Assembly (NCBI GenBank): GCA_030248215.1 | Contig: JASANG010003930.1 | Location: forward strand, 550,867-570,866 | Source of the DNA: Enoplolaimus lenunculus | Taxonomy: Eukaryota | Direction: 5' to 3' | Length of the DNA stretch: 20,000 nt | In this document: positions 10,697-19,405 of the stretch, piece after piece | How positions within the stretch are numbered: position 1 is the stretch's first letter | Layout of the letters: each line of letters starts with the position of its first letter | The notes under the pieces: generated by a model | The model's database searches: none | Seen by the model: the letters and a program-made list of their open reading frames with translations, nothing else | What the model was told of the DNA's origin: nothing | Program-made: the position numbers and the translations under genes

Positions 10697-11104
10697 TGGT
10701 TCTATAACTTCATGTTTATACATCCGCAAGGGGGTGGGTTAGAGCATGTTTCATTTGTTGGACATATCGAGAGCAGTGCGATTATGTTGTGGTTGAATAC
10801 TAATACTTTTACATTGAGCTACCTGAACATCAATATTTAACACTGAGCTATCTGTTTTTAGTATGTTGATTGGTGCATTAGTCCGTCATGTTTTACGCCA
10901 TACGTTATTTTACTCGTTTTTCTTTATTTCTTGTTCCTTTTACGTGTTTTTGGATTCCTTGTTCATTAAAGTTTATTTACATGCAATTTTGATCTTACAG
11001 TTAGGTTCAGGTACAACTTTGGCTACCAAATAAGTCTGTACGCATTTTGCTATAACCGGAACTGCGATTCCTAAAGTGATATCTCGAAACAAATTCCTCC
11101 GGTG

Positions 11105-11238
11105 GTGATACGGAATCGGCACCCCTAGAAATTTGATAAACAGTGGTCTATCTAAAAGAAAATGAGGTGTTGAGTTCAATGGTACCACTCCTAAGCCTAC
11201 AACCTCTCTGGTTGGAAAGTTATGGGCCATTGAAGTTT
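11105..11238 (-). repeat. Variant copy of the dispersed module
   Basis: GATACGGAAT..CCCCTAGAAATTTGATAAA..GGTCTATCTAAAAGAAAATGAGGTG-TTGAGTTCAATGGTACCA..AAAGTTATGG. The left half is shared with 16911-16965 and 18240-18290. Confidence 0.75.
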
Positions 11239-11621
11239 TAGTACACTTATACTTAGTTTATAATCAATCCGTTGGTATAACTGTTTTCAGTTCCAATGCC
11301 GGTTCTAATTACGCTGGGGTTTCTTCTAGTTTTGCGCACGCATTTCTAGCGAGTGATAGTAGCATGTTACTCCAGGTTTCAAACCCACGCAGATCAAATC
11401 ATTCGCGTCCTATAAACTCGTGACATAAGTTCGAAATAATTGGCGACAGGCAGCATAGCGCATGGATCTCTTTAAGCCTAGGAGTTTCCAGTATATTCCT
11501 AAGCCTAAGCCTATGCAAAAATGTAATCTAGAATATAAACCTACACTTTTACAGACTCATCAGGACCAAATGTTCATAGAAGGAGTAAGTAAGCGTTTAG
11601 GTATCCCTCTGATCTACCGTA

Positions 11622-11803
11622 CACTTGAAAAAATGGTGAGTTAAATTGACTAACGAAATAGGCGCTACTGGACTACACAAGCAGTCAAATTCAACTCATT
11701 AAGTCGCACGTTTGACTCTGGTGGAGTCGAATTTGACTCAGTTTGTGTAGTCCCGTAGAGCCTATTTTGGAGAGAGTCAATTTGACTCAGTATTTTTACA
11801 GTG
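11622..11803. mobile_element. 182-bp MITE with CACT(G) termini and TA flanks (CMC/EnSpm-like)
   Basis: ~75-bp imperfect TIRs: CACTTGAAAAAATGGTGAGTTAAATTGACT..AAATAGGCGCTACTGGACTACACAA vs reverse complement CACTGTAAAAATACTGAGTCAAATTGACT..AAATAGGCTCTACGGGACTACACAA. TA at 11620-11621 and 11804-11805. Repeated internal near-palindrome GAGTCAA(A)TTTGACTC. Confidence 0.8.
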
Positions 11804-11943
11804 TAGTTAAGGCCCCGTTTGAAAAATACCACACCCAAAAACAGAGGTCAATGAAACATTCCGGAGCCGGAGGCGAGGATAAATTAGCAAAAATGATGGT
11901 TAATTATTTAATTTTAGCCAATATCTGCACTATGTTTATAAGC

Positions 11944-12820
11944 AAGTTGTTTGGTTTAACGCTAATTTTCTGCCAAATTTCGGCAATTGTTTCTTGAAAT
12001 TTGTCACAAAAGCCAATCAAAACGCGCTAAACAAATAAATTTTGCAAAATTATGCAAAATTGTACTACCGAAATTGTCGGAAGCTCTGATAAAAATTTAA
12101 CCGGAGCCAGAGGCCGATTTTCTGCCGAAGCCGGAGGGTTCGCTTGCTTCACTGGTATAGTCTTATCACGGTGTTGGGAATAAAAGGGGGGAACCGACTG
12201 CATTATTAAACCGGAGCGATATAGCGTCATTGGAAAGCGAACCCAAACGCGGAGTTGGTGATTTACACAAGCACACGAAATCAATAGTTAAAAGTTGAAG
12301 TTCGAAGGGCTATAATTTTTGAACCGGGGACCCTACAGCCTTAAAGATGGTACCACTGAACTCAGCGCGTCGAAATCTATAAAGTTAACTGTTTTTTGTT
12401 AAATTCCTAGGAAGTCTATTCCGTAATTCCGCCGGAGGCTGCGGCTTCCTCTAGCCTTCCGAATTTTGAAAAACCACAAAGCAGAATGGGATGGTCGCCC
12501 ACACCAACTCCGCGTTTGGGTTCGCTTTCCAATGACGCTATATCGCTCCGGTTCAATAATGCAGTCGGTTCCCCCTTTTATTCCCAACACCGTGATAAGA
12601 CTATACCAGTGAAGCAAGCGTACAACCCTCCGGCTTCGGCAGAAAATCGGCCTCTGGCTCCGGTTAAATTTTTATCAGAGCTTCCGACAATTTCGGTAGT
12701 ACAATTTTGCATAATTTTGCAAAATTTATTTGTTTAGTGCGTTTTGATTGGCTTTTGTAACAATTTTCAAGAAAGAATTGCCGAAATTTGGCGGAAAATT
12801 AGCGTAAAACCAAACAACTT
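11944..12820. repeat. Long inverted repeat: arms 11944-12260 and 12502-12820, 241-bp spacer
   Basis: By manual comparison the arms differ by 7 substitutions, one 3-bp indel and one 1-bp indel (~97% identical). The mirror ORFs 12027..12284(-) and 12486..12737(+) result from it. The spacer holds a dispersed-module copy (12291-12425). Confidence 0.97.
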
Positions 12821-13030
12821 AACAACATTTTTCAGACATTCGACACCCACAATTGGGTGTCCGCAATGCGGTTGAGGTCCAGAGCCACACATCCGGTACC
12901 TTTAACAACAACAACAACAATCCCGAGACACACATATGACGAAGCACCATATTGGTGCTGACATAGCCTAGCTATGTCCTTAGTCGCAGATCCAGCCAAC
13001 TCCATACGCAATACTAATCAACAATTACTA

Positions 13031-13234
13031 AATGGCCACGCAGGGCTCCAGGTAAGTTTACATTGCGGACACAGCCGCCATGACATAGATTTACCAGCTT
13101 CTACGCCTTGTAGCAACGCCTAAGCCTAACTTAAGTTCTAAGAGAGACTAGGTGGAGCCAGGGACTCCCTTAAGGTGTGGTTTTAATATAAGGTTTTATT
13201 TTATATTTTAGTTTTTAGTTTGAAATAGGTTTAA
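13031..13234 (+). repeat. Host repeat of the piggyBac insertion, left part; continues at 15301-15445 with a second ~140-bp tandem unit
   Basis: GCCTAACTTAAGTTCTAAGAGAGACTAGG(T/C)GGAGCCAGGGAC at ~13124 and ~15327. Uninterrupted inverted paralog at 17074-17295. Confidence 0.9.
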
Positions 13235-15296
13235 CCCTCAACGGCCCGGCAAAATTTTCACCTTAATCAGCCCAACGGTCTACATATGTAGACAACACAA
13301 CTAGCGTTAGTTTTGGCTTATCTCAGGGTTCTCTCCTCCTTTAACTGGCTTGAGACAGTCAGAACTAGTGTTCTGGCGGAGTTCCACCCGCTCCCCGTCC
13401 AGCTTCCCACTGCGGGCGCGTTGTCCAGTTAAGCACAGTCGTTGCACGTTATGGTGCGATTCATGTGGTCCTTGCACACTTGTTTTCCACATGACGAACA
13501 GCTCAATCTCGTAGATTTGCGACAATTTGACCTGACATTTGGTCGGTTTACCAGATGTAGAAGGTTCGTTTCGCTTTTGAGGCAGCCCGGAAGCCATAAA
13601 TGAATCCTTTGATTTTGCGTAAATTTTTTCACTACTGTAACGTTTGGTCATATTGTCTTGCGCTAGTTGTTCGGCTACTTTTTTCATGAAAACATTGCGT
13701 GACTTTTGATATCCGTTCAGTTTCACGACAATGAATGCGTTGTGCAACGCAATATCAATCATATTGAAAACGCAGACTAGAGGATAACGATTCGTTTTGC
13801 GTTTGCAGGTAAAATCATCAATGCAAGAGTCCATTTCAACATTATGCGGTTATTGTGGTCCCATAAAAATCGGGTGCTATAGACCTCTTGTTCTTTTGTT
13901 GACTTTAGCACCGGAGGTACGCTGCGGCGATTTGCCATTATTGTGCCTGTGCACGTTAGCCCACTTTGTAATAGGTCGACAGCCAATTCATGGGATGTGA
14001 AATAGCGGTCCATGAAAATGTTTCGCTGAGTGTTACAGTATGGTTGAATAAGATCCATTACGATGCGTTTAGCAAGCCCTACGGCCCGTTCGCCTTCACG
14101 CCCTGTATAAATATTTCCTTTTAGGGCATATCCATTCCGAGCATCGCAAAGCCAGAATATTTTTACGCCGTACTTAGCAGGTTTCGCCGGCATGTACGCT
14201 CGCCCCGGTGCATATCCTCTATACCCGTAGAGCTGTTCATCTACTGTAAGTGATTCGGACGGTATATAATGAAGACGTAAGTTGGACTGAAATAGGTCTT
14301 AAACATCTCGTATAGCAGCCATTTTGTCACTTTTTTGACGCTCCCGGTGAGTCAGTTTGTTGTCGAATGTTACATTTTCCAGCAACTGTTTCATTCTGTT
14401 TTTTGACAGCGCGCAGCGGTAAAAGGGCCTGCTGTCGTTTTTGGTGAATAGTGAAGCCACTGGAGACATGTTATCGCGATCTGCACCAGCTCTGATTACC
14501 ACCCCAAGCCAAGCTTTCAGCTCGCACATTGGTAGCGTTGAAAAATTGCGCGCCCGCAGTCGCCTACTAGTGAGTCGCTGAATTGTATGTAAAATGGGCT
14601 CGTTTATATAAAGATAAAATGCTTGTGACTCTGTTGTAGGGTTTACTGCAGTGCCTTCGCGAAAGCGAATTATATTTCTAGCTAACGCACGGACAGGCGG
14701 TGTTGTAGAATGCCACTCAACACCCGTCGCTGACAAAAACACATTACTTCCACTAGAAGTCTCGTCCATATCGCTCAACTCACTACTAGATGCGTCCGAT
14801 TGTTTTTGTAATTCACCATCACTATCTTGCTCATAAATAGCAGCCTCTTCACTACTGCATTGACCTAACTCAACTGATTCTGAGGCGTCATTTGAACTAT
14901 TGTCGTCCGGTTTGTCATCTTCTGTCTCTGAATCACTTGGTTCTAATACACGTCGTACGACCTCAGTCAAAGATAATTTATGCAAACCTGACATTTCCCT
15001 GACTTCACCTCACCATACAAAACCGTGTGTAAGAACAAAACGTTCCAATTCTTGTCAAAACTCAAACTATGATCAAATCAACATCTGTCTACATATGTAG
15101 ACGGTCGGGTTATTTAGGTATATGACTCACTGTACAGCAAACTTTTGTTCCCACAATGCTATAAGTTTTTTATACTACTGTAACAGAATAATTATCGATG
15201 GAAATTAAACAATAGATTCTTAACTATAGCACCTGCCGAACAATCAATTGCCGAACTGGTTATGTCTACATATGTAGACTGTCGGGCCATTGAGGG
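13235..15296 (-). mobile_element. piggyBac DNA transposon, 2,062 bp, both ends intact, internally deleted
   Basis: TTAA at 13231-13234 and 15297-15300. TIRs CCCTCAACGGCCCGGCA / reverse complement CCCTCAATGGCCCGACA (15/17). Palindrome GTCTACATATGTAGAC at 13278-13293, 15087-15102 and 15264-15279. Carries a transposase pseudogene. Confidence 0.98.
13429..14994 (-). pseudogene. piggyBac transposase pseudogene (PGBD / DDE_Tnp_1_7-type)
   Basis: Acidic N-terminus; FD..R..DKMAAIRDV; in-frame TAA at 14299-14301; then DLFQSNL..LTVDEQLYGYRG..YMPAKPAKYGVKIFWLCD, NIFMDRYFTS, GTIMANR. A deletion plus frameshift at ~13836 leads to MDSCIDDFTCKRKTNRYP..NMIDIALHNAFI. A frameshift at ~13527 precedes the Cys-rich tail CQV..CRKSTRLSCSSCGKQVCKDH..CNDCA*. 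Confidence 0.97.
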
Positions 15297-15456
15297 TTAA
15301 GTGTGGCATAGCCACCTACAGCCTGAGCCTAACTTAAGTTCTAAGAGAGACTAGGCGGAGCCAGGGACGCCCTTAAACGTGGATTTAGGATTTGGATTTA
15401 TATTTTGTTTAGTTTTTAGATTGAAATATATTTAAGAGTAGTACAGCAATCTGCAA

Positions 15457-15705
15457 TGTACAAACGCCAACCAAATTTGTTAAACGAATAAACCTGGTGA
15501 AGCTTATACTTTACGAACATGTGAATGATAGATACTTCGTCTTCCAACTTGTGCGTGTTTGCACTATAATTTGGAGGACCATAACTTTTGAATCGTTGGT
15601 CATGCAATCATAAAAGTAATACCGTTGAACTCAGCTCGTCGAGATGTATAGGATAGTCCACTTTTTGTTAAATTCCTAGGGGGTCCAGATCCGTACCCCC
15701 GCCCA
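15457..15705 (+). repeat. Long copy of the dispersed module
   Basis: Colinear with 10290-10525 and 10526-10696 (ATGTACAAAC..CAAATTTGT..AAGCTTATA..TGTGC..CCATAACTTTTGAA..CCGTACCCCCGCCCA). Confidence 0.85.
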
Positions 15706-16910
15706 GCGTCCCCCTAGAGAGAAAAAGTACAAAATCCTACATTTGTATCGTGAATAATCGTAAATTCAGCGCGCTAAACCAGTCATCAAACGCAAAAGTG
15801 ACACAATTCAACTCAGCGCGTCGCTTTACACAGTATAAGTACACGAAAAAAATAGATTTCTGAACTGTTGAACTGAAAATACATTTTTGGTTCCGCTGTA
15901 GCCCATATAAGATCATAAAAACTTGAAAGTATTTATTCAAGTCTTAAAAATTGAAATTTTATTGAAATTATTTGGGAGGTTCTGAGGAACCTAATCGAAA
16001 TTATTTTGTGATATATTAAGACTAGAGTGGGTCCTGAAGATTTGGACCAACATTTTTTAATAATGTAAACGAAAAACCAATGCATTCTTCGTTTAAGCCT
16101 CAACGTAATACACATAAGTTTAAAACAAAGCTTAGTAGCCTAACCCCAAGCCAAAAATTACCCTAAAATTGAAGCCTTGTCTATTTCGGTCTGGAAAGAA
16201 AGCGGGCACTAGCGGATCCCGAGGTTGGTGGGCGGGCGTACGCCCCCCTCAGAATTTTTTATGATAAAATGGTAAGATCCTTACAACTTTCCCCGTCCGA
16301 AATTTTTTGTTATAAAACAACAAGGTCTCTACCTTCAATTTTCCTCCGTCCAAAAATTATTTTGTTATTTTGTAAAAAATTATTTTATTCCCTACCTTAC
16401 CCACTTCGAACAATTGGGTCTTTTTGGTTATCCTCCTGCCAGTCGGAGTTTGCCCCTAAAAATGATCGAATTTTAATATTTTTGGCATATTTGAGCTTCT
16501 CTTGACCTGCCCAAATCATTTTACACCCAAATTTGAATTTTTGAAAAATTAGATTTTTAAGGTCTCGAGGTCCCCCTTGGGACCCAAAATTTATTTTGCC
16601 TAAATGTTAGACATATTATGCACCATCTTACGCAGCTAGCGGAGCTGAATTGAATGGTGTTAAATTTTGCTTACTCAGACGTCTGGCTAATGAGTTATGG
16701 GCGAATAACTGATTTGGCGCCGTTCCAAATGTTGGCAGCGCGCCATTTCGAGGGAAGGGTGACATTCGATAGAATCGGTGGCAAACCAAATTAACTTAAT
16801 CTCAGGTGGCCAACGTAAGTATTCATTAGTCAGTAGTAATTTTCTAAACCGAATACGCAGCGCTATTAAAGCACATTCATAATAAAAACTATTTTTAGAA
16901 TTGTAGAATA

Positions 16911-17037
16911 TGGTCCTCCCTAGGAATTTGATAACAAGCGGTCTATCTAAATGAAAATGAGGTGGTATCGTTAAACTAAAACTCAACTCGTCGAGAACTA
17001 TGGTATAGGCCGCGCCATTTTTGTTTAAATTTCTGGG
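16911..17037. repeat. Head-to-head (hairpin) variant of the dispersed module
   Basis: TGGTCCTCCCTAGGAATTTGATAA..GCGGTCTATC..AAATGAGGTGGTA..CTCAACTCGTCGAGAACTATGGTATAGGCCGCG..TTTTTGTTTAAATTTCT. Same arrangement at 18236-18352. Confidence 0.75.
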
Positions 17038-17073
17038 TCTGTTAAACCGTTGGGCGGAGATACGGAATATGGT

Positions 17074-17295
17074 CTGTAGGTGGCTGTGCCACACTCAAAT
17101 ATATTTCAGCCTAAAAACTAAAACAAAACTAAATCCAAACCTAAATCCACATCTTAAGGGAGTCCCCGGCTCCGCCTAGTCTCTCTTAGAACTTAAGTTA
17201 GGCTTAGGCGTTGCTAAACGGCGTAGGAATTGATAAATCTATGAATGGCGGCTGCGTCCGCAAGGTATTAGTACTCAGGGCCCTGCGTGGCCACT
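17074..17295 (-). repeat. Uninterrupted paralog of the piggyBac host repeat
   Basis: The reverse complement aligns with 13031-13234 joined to 15301-15321. An (AAC)n tract lies upstream in both copies (12904-12920; 17358-17373). Confidence 0.92.
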
Positions 17296-18103
17296 AAATA
17301 TATGTTTGTTAGGCTTAGTGCGCGAAAGCACTTAGCTAGGGGGTAATGGGGGGTTTATGTTGTTGTTGTTGTTAGGTTATTATAATGGTAAAATTTATGT
17401 GTCCCTAAGGTGCCCGAGACACCCGGGACACACAAATTATGCAAAATAACTCCAAATGGGGGCTGGGGTAGCCAGCCTCCATAATCATTATTGAATTCTC
17501 AAGTTAGCGACATGTTGCGATATTTGTGCGTATTTGGACATAGCGGATTTTGGGCGTGAACTAGTATATTTATTTTCGGAGTTGAATTGCGTAGTGTCTC
17601 GGGTGACTTAGGCAGGAATAGGCATTTAATTGGAACGGCGTCACGGTAGCTCCAATGTGAGTACGGTGAAAACAGCAGTATCGGGGAATCGTTAATAGAG
17701 CGCATAGCGCGGAGCCTTCGGGCAGTACCAGGGGAACTCGGGGATTCACTTGGGGAAATGTGTTAAGGAGATACTTGGGATTATTTGGGATTTACTTGGG
17801 ATAGGTCGATTCTAGCGGGGCTAGTCTCGGCTGTCGGATTTTGAATTGACTTGGGATTTTTCTGCGGCTATTTGGGGATTAACGGAGAACTTGGGCTTGT
17901 CACGTTACGTTTGCATTTGTTTTGTACGGTGTGAGCTAGTGACTTAGTAGAACAACAGGGTTAAGAGTATTGTAGTGGACGTGCGGAAAGCACCTAACAA
18001 AGGAACTTTCGGCACATTCGGAGAACATAAGGTCGGCAGCATAAGCATTTTTACTCGTTTACTTGTGTACTCGGTACTTGTGCTTTACTGAATATAGCTT
18101 TAA

Positions 18104-18403
18104 CGTGGTGTTGGGAGGGAATAAAAGGAAAACGACTGCGTTTACTGAATCAGAGCGATCTAAGCGTCATTGGAAACGGACCTGAACGCGGAGTTGGTGG
18201 TTTCAACCCTTAACCGAAATCACGAACTATTCACATGGTCCTCCCTAGGAATTTGATAAAACGCGGTCTGTTTAGAAGAAAATGAGGTGGTACCCTTAAG
18301 CTCAGCTCGGCGAGATCTATGGGATAGACCGCGCAATTTTTATTAAATTCCTCGGAGTTGGTGGTTTCAACCCTTAACCGAAATCACGAACTATTCATAT
18401 GGT
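18104..18403 (+). repeat. Diverged copy of the inner end of the long-IR arm, followed by 51-bp direct repeats flanking a hairpin module
   Basis: 18104-18200 aligns with 12168-12260 (GGTGTTGGGA..ATAAAAGG..CGACTGC..GAGCGAT..AGCGTCATTGGAAA..AACGCGGAGTTGGTG). CGGAGTTGGTGGTTTCAACCCTTAACCGAAATCACGAACTATTCA(C/T)ATGGT at 18189-18239 and 18353-18403. Confidence 0.85.
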
Positions 18404-19405
18404 TCTGATCATGTTCACCGTGCGCGACAAACCGGCCCCGCACCGTGCATCCGACCATCCCATCCCATAACCGGTCATATCTCCTTCCATCCTGCCCGAG
18501 TCTGGTAGCACATACCTTGGCTCCGGCCGACAGATTTATCCAGTGACCCATTCCTGCACGCTCCCATAGCACTCTGCCGTCATTCATGGATAGGACATGG
18601 CGGGAACTCACTCTTCCCCCATGCCCCATGTTTCCTTCTGCCATCCCCGAGAGCATATTGTTTCCATATCCGCTCTCCGGTAACTCAACTCCAACCGATC
18701 TGCCTTGCGATCCACCGACGTCCTCTTACCTCGTGCCTCTGATAGGGTCCCGTAGGCCTGAGCCTTCTCCCGTATCCGCTGCCTCTCCCTCCTGTCCGCA
18801 TACTATCTGTCACCTTTACCCGGTTGACCAGCATAGTCCTGCCGACGTCAGTGACAAACACTGACTCCATACCTTGGCTCCGGCCGACAGATTTATCCAG
18901 TGACCCGTTCCTGCACGTTCCCATAGCACTCTGCCGTCATTCACGGATAAGACATGGCGGAACTCACTATTCCCCCATGCCCCATGTTTCCTTCTGCCAT
19001 ACCCGAGAGCATATTGCCTTTCCATATGCCGCTCTCCGGTAACTCAACTCCAACCGACCTGCCTTTCTTGCCATCAACCAGACGCCTCCCTCAAACCTCG
19101 TGCCTCTATAGGGTTCCGTAGGCCTGAGCCTTCTCCCCGTATCCGCTGCCTCTACTCCTGTCCCGCATACTATGTGTCACCTTTACCGGTTGACCCATAG
19201 TCCTGCCGACGTCAGTGACAAACACTGACTCCATTGATTCCCTGCGCCGAGCCGTACTAGGCAACGAAACCTCTTCGGCTTCCTTGCTCCTTTCCGCCTG
19301 TAGTTCTCGTGACATGGTTCTTGTCACTACGCCCGCCTCTCTGACTGGCATCCTTGTACTAGCCTCTTGCCCATCCGCCGTAGTAGGCGTTCTATTAAGT
19401 GGCAT
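18404..19405 (-). pseudogene. Possible frameshifted N-terminal ORF remnant of a retrotransposon (gag-like)
   Basis: GC content rises sharply at ATG 19403-19405 (MPLNRTPTTADGQEASTRMPVREAGVVTRTMSRELQAERSKEAEE..) and the minus strand is purine-rich. No diagnostic zinc knuckle, protease or RT motif was seen. Confidence 0.3.
18511..19234. repeat. Tandem duplication of ~360 bp (18511-18870, 18868-19234)
   Basis: Both copies run from CATACCTTGGCTCCGGCCGACAGATTTATCC to GTCAGTGACAAACACTGACTCCAT and share CAT at the junction. Confidence 0.95.

Noticed and set aside
11474..11513. GCCTAA (TTAGGC nematode telomere-like) units, also at ~13118 and ~17198
   Set aside because: Only two or three units each, too short to call an interstitial telomere or to fix the taxon.
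11807..11830. TTAA-GG starts suggesting Kolobok termini (also 16557, 17154)
   Set aside because: No matching opposite TIR was found. At 17154 the homology continues across the TTAA, so it is not a terminus.
12027..12737. Two near-identical ~85-aa ORFs on opposite strands
   Set aside because: They are a by-product of the long inverted repeat. The arms differ by a 1-bp indel within the ORF span, and there is no protein motif or splice support.
12935..12980. Hammerhead-ribozyme-like layout (ATGACGA-stem-GACA-stem)
   Set aside because: The core deviates from CUGANGA and GAAA, the cleavage position would be G, and there is no convincing stem I.
13797..15100. Short + strand ORFs within the piggyBac
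   Set aside because: They are antisense shadows of the transposase frame.
15982..16015. CTGAGGA...GAAA minimal hammerhead candidate
   Set aside because: Stem II does not pair, stem III is weak and there is no stem I.
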